A DNA stretch of 48,990 nt from Gammaproteobacteria bacterium (GTDB taxonomy: Bacteria; Pseudomonadota; Gammaproteobacteria; Pseudomonadales; Azotimanducaceae), in NCBI GenBank assembly GCA_963693635.1, contig CAVOBC010000001.1, positions 1 to 48,990 on the forward strand, read 5' to 3'. The notes under the pieces were generated by a model. That model did not search any database, was not told the DNA's origin, and saw only the letters and a list, made by a program, of their open reading frames with translations. A program made the position numbers and the translations under genes. This document shows, in pieces, positions 27,978-38,200 of this stretch (position 1 is the stretch's first letter; every line of letters begins with the position of its first letter).

Positions 27978-29147
27978 TCAAGCGCCGCCGCGCGCCTCAA
28001 GCGCCGCGACAGCCGGCAACGTCCTGCCCTCAACAAACTCAAGGAACGCACCGCCGCCCGTTGATATGTAAGAAATATCGGCTTTGACTCCAAACTGATC
28101 GATCGCTGCCAACGTGTCGCCGCCTCCAGCCAGGGAGAACCCGCTCGACGCGGCGATCTGGCGCGCCAGTTGCTCGGTGCCCGCGGCGAAGGGTGCATGT
28201 TCGAAAACACCGACCGGTCCGTTCCACAGGATGGTGCGCGCCGCCGCAATCAGGTCGCCCAACTGATCGCGGCTCTCTGGGCCAATGTCCAGAATCATCT
28301 CATCGTCTTTCACGTCGTCGACCGATTTGATGATCGCGGTTGCCGCCGGCGATATTTCCGTGCCGACAACGACGTCCACCGGCAATGGGATGGCGACCCG
28401 GTCAAGGATGGACCTCGTTTGGGCCAGCAGGTCGGGCTCGTGGAGCGAGATGCCAATCGGCTTGCCGATTGCCGCGAGAAAGGTGTTGGCGATGCCGCCG
28501 CCGACAACCAGTTGATCAACTTTCTGCGACAACACATCCAGCACGTCGAGCTTGGTCGAGACTTTGCTGCCACCGACAATGGCGAGTAGCGGCGACGCCG
28601 GATTGCGCATCACCCGCGACAGCGCGGCGAGTTCGGCCGCCAGGAGCGGCCCCGCGCAGGCAACCGGTGCGTATCTGACGACACCCTCGGTGGAGGCCTG
28701 CGCCCGGTGGGCTGTCCCGAATGCATCCATCACAAAGACATCGCAAAGCTGCGCGTAGCGTTCCGAGAGTCCCTTGTCATTCGCTTTCTCGCCGGCATTG
28801 ACCCGGACATTCTCGAGCAGGACGAGCGGCGATTCATCATCGACGCCGTCCAGATAACGCGTCACAACCGGTACCGGCTGACCAAGCAGGGTTTCGAGGT
28901 GCCGCGCGACCGGGGCGAGACTTGACTCGACTTGCTCATCAACCGGCAGTCCTTCGGTGGGCCGCCCAAGGTGCGACATCAGCAGAACGCGGGCACCCGC
29001 GTCGAGCGCGCGCCGGATGGTCGGCACCGCGGCGACAATGCGAGCGTCGCTGGTCACCTGGCCGTCTGACACGGGGACGTTCAGGTCTTCCCGGATCAGG
29101 ACACGCTTGCCGCGAATGTCGACATCATCGAGGGTCAGAACCGGCAT
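27978..29147 (-). CDS. pgk: phosphoglycerate kinase
   Basis: The 389-aa protein contains [18 protein letters not shown] and [10 protein letters not shown]. Confidence 0.95.
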   Translation of the reverse strand: MPVLTLDDVDIRGKRVLIREDLNVPVSDGQVTSDARIVAAVPTIRRALDAGARVLLMSHLGRPTEGLPVDEQVESSLAPVARHLETLLGQPVPVVTRYLDGVDDESPLVLLENVRVNAGEKANDKGLSERYAQLCDVFVMDAFGTAHRAQASTEGVVRYAPVACAGPLLAAELAALSRVMRNPASPLLAIVGGSKVSTKLDVLDVLSQKVDQLVVGGGIANTFLAAIGKPIGISLHEPDLLAQTRSILDRVAIPLPVDVVVGTEISPAATAIIKSVDDVKDDEMILDIGPESRDQLGDLIAAARTILWNGPVGVFEHAPFAAGTEQLARQIAASSGFSLAGGGDTLAAIDQFGVKADISYISTGGGAFLEFVEGRTLPAVAALEARGGA

Positions 29148-29196
29148 AGATCGCTCCTGAGGAAAGTGGGAATCGCAGTTATGTGCTCATTCCGTT

Positions 29197-29340
29197 GTGA
29201 TGGTAGATTCCGGATGCAGGGCAATTCTGGGTGGCTAGATTCCGAGTGGACAATTCCTGATGGATAGGTGTTCGGGTGGATAAAGAGCCGGGTGGATAGG
29301 ATTCCGGGTTGATAGATTCCGCATAGATAAAGAGCCGGGC
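29197..29340. repeat. array of degenerate direct repeats in the tkt-pgk spacer (GATTCCG x4; GGATAGG x2; gataaagagccggg x2)
   Basis: GATTCCG occurs at 29206, 29238, 29300 and 29315. (g/a)gataaagagccggg occurs at 29278 and 29325. tagattccg...caattc units are repeated about 30 nt apart. Confidence 0.85.
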
Positions 29341-29372
29341 CATCGTCGCCGCTCGTGATTACTCACCCCTCG

Positions 29373-31370
29373 CTATTTCGCGAGCTGATCCTTCACCGTG
29401 GCGACGACCGCATCGACGGTGAAACCGCGTGACGCCATGGCAACCGCGCCGGGCGCCGAGAGGCCAAACGAGTCCATGCCGACCACGGCACCATCGAGAC
29501 CAACCCATTTGCGCCAGTAATCTACGTGGGCGGCTTCGACCGCAACTCTTTCGCGGATGCCGTTGGGCAACACCGCTTCCCGGTAAGCGGCATCCTGCGC
29601 TTCAAATGCGTCGACCGAGGGCATCGAGACGACGCGCACATTAATACCTTCGGTCTTCAGGCGCTCCCACGCTTCGCTCGCCAAAGACACCTCAGACCCG
29701 GTCGCAATAATGACGGCAACCGGCGCATCCGCGTCGCGCAGAATATACGCACCACGGGCAATATCCCTGAGCTGATCATCGCTCCTGGACTGATGTGGCA
29801 GGCTTTGCCTCGACAGGACAATTGCGGTTGGACCCGACGTGCGCATGAGCGCAGCGGTCCACGCCGCCACCGTTTCGACGGCGTCACAGGGGCGCCAAAC
29901 CGACATGTTGGGCGTTCCACGAAGGTTCGACAGCTGCTCCACCGGCTGGTGCGTTGGCCCATCCTCGCCCTGACCGATGGAGTCATGCGTGTATACGTGG
30001 ATGTTACGGATACCCATCAATGCAGACATGCGCACAGCATTGCGCGCATATTCCATGAAGATCAGGAAGGTCCCAGTGAACGGGATGAGTCCGCCGTGCA
30101 GGGCAATGCCATTGGCGATCGCCGTCATGCCAAATTCGCGCACGCCATAGTGCAGGTAGTCACCGCCGGCATCGTCACCGGTCACCGGTTTGCAACCCGG
30201 CCAGTCCGTGTTGTTCGACCCGGTGAGGTCCGCCGATCCGCCCAGCAGTTCGGGCATCATTTGCGCGAGCCGCGCAATGGTCGCACCCGAGGCCTGGCGC
30301 GACGCCGTGTCTTTGCCCTGGGCATTGGCCTCGTGCAACAGTCCGGCCATAGCGGCGGCGAAGTCGTCAGGCAACTCCCCTGCAAGGCGGCGGGCAAGCT
30401 CGGCAGCGAGTTGCGGATGGGTTGCCGCGTATTCACTTTCAAGCTGGCACCAACCCGCTTCCGCAGCGGCACCTTTGTCGAGGCAATTCCAGCCGGCGTA
30501 GACCTCGTCACTAACTGCAAACGGCCCGGCGGGCCAGTCAAGCGCGGCCCGGGCACCCTTTATTTCATCTTCGCCCAGTGGCGAGCCATGGGACCCGGCT
30601 GTGCCGGCCTTGGTTGGCGCGCCAAAGCCGATCGTTGTCCGCGCGCATATCAACGTCGGCCTCGATGTCTCAGCGTTCGCGGCAGCCAGCGCATCCGCCA
30701 CTGAATCGGCGTCGTGACCGTCTACGTCGGCAATCACGTGCCATCCATAGGCAGCAAAGCGACCCGGTGTGTCGTCGCTGAACCAGCCATCAATTTTGCC
30801 GTCGATCGAAATGCCGTTGTCGTCATAGACGGCGATCAGCTTGCCCAGCTTCAGCGTTCCGGCAAGCGAGGCAGCCTCGTGGGAGACACCCTCCATCAGG
30901 CAGCCGTCACCAACAAACACATACGTTTTGTGATCGATCACATCGAGTGGCGGTCTGTTGAAATGAGCACCCAGAATCTTCTCGGCGATTGCCATCCCGA
31001 CAGCATTGGCGAGCCCCTGACCAAGCGGCCCGGTCGTGGTCTCAACGCCGGGCGTATCACCGTATTCGGGATGCCCCGGCGTCCGTGAGCCCTTCTGGCG
31101 GAAGTTGCGCAGCTCATCGATGGGGACATCGTAGCCCGTCAAATGGAGCAGCGAGTAAATCAGCATCGACGCGTGGCCGTTGGACAGAACAAACCGGTCG
31201 CGGTTGATCCAGTGCGGGTTGGCGGGGTTGTGGCGCATCACTTCGGTCCACAGGACCTGCGCGATATCAGCCATTCCCATCGGCGCGCCCGGATGACCCG
31301 ACTTTGCTTGTTGAACCGCGTCCATAGAAAGGGCACGAATGGCGTTCGCCAGTTCTCGTCTTGAGGTCAT
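29373..31370 (-). CDS. tkt: transketolase
   Basis: [34 protein letters not shown] is the canonical Tkt N-terminus and the GDGCLMEG ThDP motif is present. The protein is 665 aa from ATG 31370; the 69-aa upstream extension of the ORF is discounted. Confidence 0.95.
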   Translation of the reverse strand: MTSRRELANAIRALSMDAVQQAKSGHPGAPMGMADIAQVLWTEVMRHNPANPHWINRDRFVLSNGHASMLIYSLLHLTGYDVPIDELRNFRQKGSRTPGHPEYGDTPGVETTTGPLGQGLANAVGMAIAEKILGAHFNRPPLDVIDHKTYVFVGDGCLMEGVSHEAASLAGTLKLGKLIAVYDDNGISIDGKIDGWFSDDTPGRFAAYGWHVIADVDGHDADSVADALAAANAETSRPTLICARTTIGFGAPTKAGTAGSHGSPLGEDEIKGARAALDWPAGPFAVSDEVYAGWNCLDKGAAAEAGWCQLESEYAATHPQLAAELARRLAGELPDDFAAAMAGLLHEANAQGKDTASRQASGATIARLAQMMPELLGGSADLTGSNNTDWPGCKPVTGDDAGGDYLHYGVREFGMTAIANGIALHGGLIPFTGTFLIFMEYARNAVRMSALMGIRNIHVYTHDSIGQGEDGPTHQPVEQLSNLRGTPNMSVWRPCDAVETVAAWTAALMRTSGPTAIVLSRQSLPHQSRSDDQLRDIARGAYILRDADAPVAVIIATGSEVSLASEAWERLKTEGINVRVVSMPSVDAFEAQDAAYREAVLPNGIRERVAVEAAHVDYWRKWVGLDGAVVGMDSFGLSAPGAVAMASRGFTVDAVVATVKDQLAK

Positions 31371-31617
31371 GGAGGGTTCACAGCGCCTTTTGGGGAATCG
31401 GTTTACGGAGGATGAATCGGCGGGGCTATTGTCGCCCAAGCGCCCGCTCCTCAGCAACGCGTTTGGCGCTAATGCGCACGTTGAACTCACCGAAGGAACA
31501 TCTGACGGATGTCCCAAAGATGACCAATCTTCGGTTTGTGCGTGAGCCCGCGTCGCTGTTCCCCCGCAGATGCACACGTTAAGATGGCCGCCTTTCTTTC
31601 TGGACTGCCGCCCTGAT

Positions 31618-32775
31618 ATGACGACCGAAACCCTCTTTACCTCTGAATCCGTTTCCGAAGGTCATCCTGACAAGATGGCTGATCAGATTTCCGACGCCAT
31701 TCTTGATGCGATCATCAGCGAAGACCGGGACGCACGCGTGGCATGCGAGACCATGGTCAAGACCGGCATGGTCGTCATAGCCGGCGAAATCACGACGACC
31801 GCAAACGTCGACTTTGAGGCGGTCTGCCGCGAAGTGGTGTGTGACATCGGCTACGACTCCTCGGAAGTGGGCTTCGATGGCCACAACTGCGCGGTACTGA
31901 ATGCAATCGGCAAGCAGTCACCTGACATCGCCATGGGCGTTGACGAGACTGACGATCACGAGCAAGGCGCCGGCGACCAGGGGCTCATGTTCGGCTATGC
32001 GTCCAACGAAACCGACGTGCTCATGCCCGCGCCCATCGATTACTCCCACCGCCTGGTTAAGCGCCAGTCCGAGGTCAGACGGTCCGGCAAACTAGACTTC
32101 CTGCGTCCCGACGCCAAGAGCCAGATTACCTTTCGATACAACGCGGCCGGCGAACCGGTCGCCATCGACGCGGTCGTCCTGTCCACACAGCATTCGGAGG
32201 CCGTTAGCCGTCAGGACCTGATTGAGGGCGTGATGGAGGAGATCATCAAGCCCGTCCTGCCTGACAACTGGGTGCACAGCAACACGAAATTTCTGATCAA
32301 TCCGACAGGCAAGTTCGTCATCGGCGGGCCCGTCGGCGATTGTGGCCTGACCGGCCGCAAGATCATTGTCGATACCTATGGCGGTATGGCCAGGCACGGT
32401 GGCGGTGCATTTTCGGGTAAAGACCCCTCCAAGGTCGACCGCAGCGCCGCATATGCAGGCCGCTACGTCGCCAAAAATATCGTGGCGGCCGGCCTCGCCG
32501 AGCGCTGCGAGATTCAGATTTCGTATGCCATCGGCGTTGCGGAGCCGACCTCAATCACCATCGAGACCTTCGGCACCGGCAAACTGAGCAATGAAGCGAT
32601 TTCTCACCTCGTTCGCGAGCATTTCGACCTGCGTCCGCGCGGACTCGTTGAGATGCTCGACCTGAAACGACCGATATACCGCAGAACTGCGGCGTATGGT
32701 CACTTTGGCCGCGAGGAGCCAGACTTTACCTGGGAGGCAACCGACAAGGCGGAAGCCTTGGCCGCCGCTCTTTAG
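31618..32775 (+). CDS. metK: S-adenosylmethionine synthetase
   Basis: It contains [37 protein letters not shown] and GGGAFSGKD. The protein is 385 aa from ATG 31618. Confidence 0.95.
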   Translation: MTTETLFTSESVSEGHPDKMADQISDAILDAIISEDRDARVACETMVKTGMVVIAGEITTTANVDFEAVCREVVCDIGYDSSEVGFDGHNCAVLNAIGKQSPDIAMGVDETDDHEQGAGDQGLMFGYASNETDVLMPAPIDYSHRLVKRQSEVRRSGKLDFLRPDAKSQITFRYNAAGEPVAIDAVVLSTQHSEAVSRQDLIEGVMEEIIKPVLPDNWVHSNTKFLINPTGKFVIGGPVGDCGLTGRKIIVDTYGGMARHGGGAFSGKDPSKVDRSAAYAGRYVAKNIVAAGLAERCEIQISYAIGVAEPTSITIETFGTGKLSNEAISHLVREHFDLRPRGLVEMLDLKRPIYRRTAAYGHFGREEPDFTWEATDKAEALAAAL

Positions 32776-32858
32776 CAGCATCTCACGGCGCCGGATTACC
32801 GCGCTGTCGCGCACGGAACACCGCAGCATATCGGCTGTAGTATCACGAAAGGTCGCTG
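32773..32858 (+). repeat. copy B of the ~85-nt dispersed repeat, beginning at the TAG stop codon of metK
   Basis: See copy A (19307-19391). It has the same orientation, the same junction with a stop codon and a 92 percent identical 50-nt core. Confidence 0.85.
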
Positions 32859-33001
32859 AAAAGAGCAGGAGGCCCAGCCCCGGCTCACAGTTAAACGGCC
32901 GCGGCGAATTCAGATCGGCGTCAGTGAAGCGTTTTATGGTGCAGGCATGCTATTGGGCGAATCGGACAGATTAAGCGAAGCAGTCAGGAGGCGAGTCCAT
33001 C

Positions 33002-33835
33002 ATGGCCGGACAACCAGGTCGATTCTCATTCGAATTCTCGCCGCCGCGTAACGATGACGCAGTCGCCAAACTGGCTAAGGTTCACGACCGCCTCGCCGAA
33101 TTGGAGCCAGGCTTCTTTTCGGTCACCTACGGCGCTGGTGGTTCGACACGGCAAGGCACCCGCCAGACGGTCCTCGATATTCATGCCGCTGGCTCGAACG
33201 TTGCCCCGCACATGTCCTTTGGCGCGGACTCGTCAGAGGCGATCGCTCAGCTTCTGTGCGAGTACCGCGACGCCGGTATCAAGCGCATCGTCGCGCTACG
33301 CGGCGACGTCCCGTCTGGTCTCGGCGGCGGCGGCATGCGCTACGCCGACGAACTGGTCGGCTTTATTCGCGACACGACCGGCGATCACTTCCACATCGAA
33401 GTCGCCGCGTACCCGGAGGTGCACCCGGACTCGCCCGGCCTGCCCAGCGAAATTCACTACTTCAAGCAAAAGGTCGAGGCGGGTGCCGACAGCGCCATCA
33501 CGCAATATTTCTACGTGGCAGAAGCGTACTTCAACTTTGTTGAGGCATGCGCGAAAGCGGGCGTCGACGTTCCCATCGTCCCCGGCGTCATGCCGATTAC
33601 AAACTACGCGAGCCTGCTGCGCTTTTCAGACAAGTGCCAGGCCGAGGTTCCACGCTGGCTGCGCAAGAAACTCGAAGCGTACGACGATGGTAGCGAAGAT
33701 CTCCGACGTGCCGGCGAAGAGGTGGTGACGGAGTTGTGCCGCCGACTGCTCGATTGGGGTGCTCCCGGATTACACTTCTACACCATCAACCAGTCACTGC
33801 CGACGCGCCGCATCTGGCGCAACCTTTTCGACTAA
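33002..33835 (+). CDS. metF: 5,10-methylenetetrahydrofolate reductase
   Basis: It contains FSFEFSPPRN, FFSVTYGAGGSTR and ALRGD. This is the 277-aa short bacterial MetF type. Confidence 0.9.
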   Translation: MAGQPGRFSFEFSPPRNDDAVAKLAKVHDRLAELEPGFFSVTYGAGGSTRQGTRQTVLDIHAAGSNVAPHMSFGADSSEAIAQLLCEYRDAGIKRIVALRGDVPSGLGGGGMRYADELVGFIRDTTGDHFHIEVAAYPEVHPDSPGLPSEIHYFKQKVEAGADSAITQYFYVAEAYFNFVEACAKAGVDVPIVPGVMPITNYASLLRFSDKCQAEVPRWLRKKLEAYDDGSEDLRRAGEEVVTELCRRLLDWGAPGLHFYTINQSLPTRRIWRNLFD

Positions 33836-33996
33836 GGACGACCAATCGCTGGCTACGAGGCACCCTTGGCTACCGGCACTCTTCCAGCAATCCTCGCTAC
33901 CGGCACTCGCTGCAAGCACTCCTGGCTCACCGCCGTGTCAGCGTCAGCCGACACGGGGACGGCCGCTGAAGGCGCTGCCGGGATAAGACCCATCGG

Positions 33997-34749
33997 ATGA
34001 GAGTCGCTCGTGTCTATACGCCGCAGAAGCTGGCACCCAACGCAAGGGTCGTACTCGAGCCCGCGGCCAGCCACCACGTGACCGCTGTGCTGCGCGCCAG
34101 GCCTGGCGCGAGCCTTGTTCTGTTTGATGGCGACGACCGCGCAATCGATGCCCGAATCAAGTCGGCGGATCACCGCAAGGGCGTCATCGCAGTGACCGCA
34201 GGTGAATTTCTACCTCCGACAGCGGTGGTGCTCGAGACTATCCTCGGTCTCGCGATTACCCGCCCCAACGCCATGGCAGAGGCAATTCAAAAGGCGACCG
34301 AACTCGGCGTTACGTGCATCCAGCCACTCCTCACGGAACGCGCACAAGCGCGTTTAGTCCCACCAAGGCTATTGTCGCGATGGCGTCAGATCACCATTGC
34401 AAGTTGTGAGCAATGCGGTCGCAACCGCTTGCCCGAACTCCCCGAACCCCAGGAATTCGACGAGTGGATCCGCAATCCTGGGTCACCTAACCGGCTCCTC
34501 CTGAGCACAAGAACGCGCGAGCCGTTGGCGGCGGTACCTCCGCCGACTGGCAGCATCGCAGTTGCAGTTGGGCCCGAAGGCGGTTTCAGCGCCGCCGAAG
34601 AACGCGACGCGCTCGCGCGCGGGTTCATCGCTGTGTCACTCGGTCCGCGGGTTTTGCGCGCGGAAACGGCGCCCGTCGCGGGTTTGGCAATCATCCAGTC
34701 GCTCTGGGGCGATCTCGGCCTCGCGCCATTGCCTGAGAGCGCAGGCTGA
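33997..34749 (+). CDS. rsmE: 16S rRNA (uracil1498-N3)-methyltransferase
   Basis: It contains MRVARVYTP...HHVTAVLRARPG and the C-terminal GPEGGFSAAE...LGPRVLRAETA SPOUT knot motif. Confidence 0.85.
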   Translation: MRVARVYTPQKLAPNARVVLEPAASHHVTAVLRARPGASLVLFDGDDRAIDARIKSADHRKGVIAVTAGEFLPPTAVVLETILGLAITRPNAMAEAIQKATELGVTCIQPLLTERAQARLVPPRLLSRWRQITIASCEQCGRNRLPELPEPQEFDEWIRNPGSPNRLLLSTRTREPLAAVPPPTGSIAVAVGPEGGFSAAEERDALARGFIAVSLGPRVLRAETAPVAGLAIIQSLWGDLGLAPLPESAG

Positions 34750-34759
34750 CTGCGCAAAG

Positions 34760-35227
34760 CTAGCCCGCGTAGCCGACACCCCGAATCGCCGTCTCGATGT
34801 AGTCAACGTTCGGAAGCGACACCACTTCGTCTGCGAGTCTCGCCTTGATGACTTCGGTCTCCTGCGCCTCTTCGGCACTCTCGAACAGCATGTCTTCGCG
34901 CACCCTGACGAGTCGCGGCAGGGTTTGAGAAACGAGGGCAAAGTACGGCATCTCTTCACTCGCCGTGACGCCGCGTACCACCACCAGACTCGCCGATGAC
35001 ACACTGACGAGCGAAAAACTCGCCCCGCGCAGGGTCAGCATCTCGAATGAGACCACCGGGACCTGCACGCCTCGCCAGCCAAGCAGGCCGAGGAACCAGT
35101 CGGGAGATTCCTCGACCCGTTGCAGCGGCTCGTACGGAATGATCTCGGCAACCGACGAATTTGGCAGAAGAATCGTACTCTTCTGCAAGCTGACGACAAA
35201 CGCCGGGATTTCTTCAGATTCTGCCAT
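34760..35227 (-). CDS. chpC: CheW-like coupling protein (ChpC-like)
   Basis: The 155-aa single CheW domain (LLPNSSVAEIIPY...FLGLLGWRGVQVPVVSF) begins 23 nt after the chpA stop. Confidence 0.75.
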   Translation of the reverse strand: MAESEEIPAFVVSLQKSTILLPNSSVAEIIPYEPLQRVEESPDWFLGLLGWRGVQVPVVSFEMLTLRGASFSLVSVSSASLVVVRGVTASEEMPYFALVSQTLPRLVRVREDMLFESAEEAQETEVIKARLADEVVSLPNVDYIETAIRGVGYAG

Positions 35228-35250
35228 GATGTTCCAGCCAACAACGCTGC

Positions 35251-38200
35251 CTAGCCACTTGTTTCTGCCAACACTTCCTCTATCGTCGAGAGGAGACTTG
35301 CCTCCTGAAAGGGCTTGCCGAGATACCGGTTGACGCCAAGGTCCAGCGCCTGTTGCATGTGCTTCTCGCCGGTTCGGGAGGTGATCATGATGATCGGCAG
35401 ATCCTTCAGGCGTTCGTCGCGCCGAACGGTGCGCAGCACCTCAAATCCGTCCATCTTTGGCATCTCGATATCAAGCAGGACCACGTCCGGGTAGATTTCC
35501 TGGAGTTGCTCCACCGCGTCAAGCCCGTCCTTGGCGGTCTCAACCTCCCACCCCTGACGTTCCATCAGTCGCGACGTCACCTTCCTGACCGTCACCGAAT
35601 CGTCAACGATGAGGACGGTCTTCACATGATTCGTATCGGGCGTCGGGGCGTGCTCGTCTTCAACCTCAACCGGTGCCTGCTCAAGAATGCCTGCGCTGCT
35701 GCGCACCAGTGCCATCACATCCAATATTATAACCACACTACCATCACCGAGAATGGTAGCCCCGGAGACCCCGCGAACCTCGGAGAACTGCGGTCCAAGC
35801 GACTTCGCCACGACCTCCTTACTGTCAAGGACGTGGTCAACCTGCAGCGCGACCGCCTCGCCACCACTGCGCACAAGCAAGACCGGGAGCGGCCTGATCT
35901 GACCGTCAAACACGGGATCATCACCGTTGTCCAGCAACCTGCCCATATACGCGAGCTTGTATGGCTGGCCCGCGTATTCAAACATCGGCGCGTCCGGCTG
36001 ATAGTACGCTTCAAGTTCGTACGGGCTGACCCGGACAATGCCTTCGATCGAATTAAGCGGAACAGCGTAGGTGTCGTCCCGGACTTCGATCATGAGTGCT
36101 CGATTCACGGACACCGTAAACGGCAGGCGAATGGTGAATTCGGTCCCCACACCCAGGGTCGAGTCAATCGTGACCGTGCCCCCCAGTTGCTTAATCCCAC
36201 TGCTGACAACATCCATGCCAACACCCCGACCTGAAATCTGCGTCACCTTCTGTGCGGTGCTAAAGCCGGCATGCATGATGTATTGCATCACATCGTGATC
36301 GGGCACGTTGTCTTCAGCCTTGATCAGTCCCCGCTCGATGGCTTTCTCCCGCACCCGGCCAACGCCGATGCCGCCGCCATCATCGCTAATCTGTAGCAAC
36401 ACATAGGCGCCTTCCCGGTCTAGTCGCAGGCTAATGCGACCGGTCTCCGGCTTGCCGGCGGCGATGCGCTTGTCCGACTCCTCGATACCGTGGTCAACCG
36501 CGTTTCGGAGCATGTGTTCAAGCGGCGCGACGATCCGGTCAAGGACACTTCGGTCAAGCTCTCCCTCAACATTAAACGCGTCAAAGCGAACCGACTTGCC
36601 AACCTCGGCACTGATTTTCCTAACGATTCGCCGGAGTCGCGGAATAAGGCGTGCAAAAGGTACCATGCGGGTTCGCGTCAGACCCTCTTGCAACTCACCG
36701 CCGATGCGGGCCTGTTGACGCAGCGACGTCTCCGCATCGCGGCTCTTGTTAGCAAGGGTGTCCTTGAGGTCCATCATGTCCGCGGTGCCCTCGTTCAGCG
36801 ACCGTGAGATCTCCTGCAACAAGGTATATCGGTCCATCTCCAGCTCATCGAACTCGTCAACCTGGGCCGTCTGGCTACGAATGAGTGTTTCGCGTGACTC
36901 CGCTTCGATCTCAAGACGACGCACCTGGTCGCGGACTCGATTGATCGTCGCTTCCATCTCTTCAAGCGAGTCGGAAAAGCCAGAGATTTGTTGCTCAACT
37001 CGACCGCGGGTGATCGACGACTCGCCAGCGAGTCCGATCAGGTCCTCCAGCAAGTCCGACGACACACGCACCATTTCCTGTGCGTCTGCCCTTCCGTCAC
37101 TCTTGGGTGCATCACGCTTGGGTGCGTCACGCTTAGGTGCAGCGGCCGGGACCTCGCTTGCTGCAGGCACGGCGGACGGCGGCGTCACAGTCGTGTCGGC
37201 CCCTGTCATGGATGACAACTGATCTTCCGTCGCATCGCCGGCAGCGAGCTTCTTGTAGATTCCGACCCGTCTTGAGATCTCGCCCTGCCGCTGATTGAGC
37301 AGACCGAAGAACACGTCATCCAGCGCTGGCGGCTTTTGCTGCACACCGATCAGAAAGGTCTCAAAAATATGGGTGTACTGACCCAGACTGTTCAAACCCG
37401 CCATCCACGACCCGCCCTTCAGCGTATGCAGCTGTCGCAGCAGATTGTCCAGATGCTCGGCGGTCTCAGTCGAACCGGTCCAGTCGAGGATGCTCTGGTC
37501 GATGCCTTCCAGAAGCTCTTCGGTCTCTTCAAGGAAGATAGGCAGTATGTCGTCGTCCACTGCGTCTGCCGGCAGTGCCATCACTTCGGAGGCAGCGTCT
37601 GGTGCCGTCGTCGAAACGCCAGTCGAGGTCTCCCCCGCCACATCCGCAGGTGCTGCTGCCATCGAGGCCACTTCTTCTGGCGAAGCGTCTCCGCGCACGA
37701 ACCGTGTGTATATCTCGACCCGGCGCGTAATTTCATCCTGGTATTCATGCAGACGAACGAAGAACGCGTCATCCAGCGGAACCGGATTAGTTTGCAAGCC
37801 AATGAGGACCGACTCTACGTTGTGCGTGAACTCGCCCAGACTATTCAGCCCCGCCATACGGGAGCCACCCTTCAAGGTGTGCAGGTGTCTCTGCAGCACG
37901 TCAAAGGCATCTGTCTGATTCGGGGCGTCGCACCACGCCTGGATACTGAGATCAATACCCTCCAGAAGTTCCTCGGTCTCCTCGAGGAAGATAGGCAAGA
38001 TGTCCTCGTCAACATCATCTGCGGGTAGTGCAACGTCGAGGCCCGCCGGTTCCGCAGCAGCCGCGTCGCTCGCCCGGTCAGAGGCCGCCTCGACGGCAAT
38101 CTCCTCAGTCACAGCGGGCATGTCCATTTCGACAGAGGCGCCAACGGTCTCAGGCGACGGCTTGGGCGATGCGTCGGGCCTTGCTTCAGGAGTGGGTTCT

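Noticed and set aside
31371-31617. A SAM riboswitch in the tkt/metK divergent region.
   Set aside because: I looked for SAM-I (GAGGGA...GGCAACC) and SAM-II-like cores on the metK strand and found none.
32862-32906. SAH-riboswitch-like blocks upstream of metF: AGGAGGCC ... CCGGCUCA ... AAACGGCCGC, versus the consensus GAGGAGCGC ... CAGGCUCG ... CAACGGCGCUCA.
   Set aside because: The order and spacing of the three blocks are suggestive. However, there is no P2 hairpin between the first two blocks and the putative pseudoknot is only 4 bp (GGCC/GGCC). I cannot support it without a cmsearch against RF01057.
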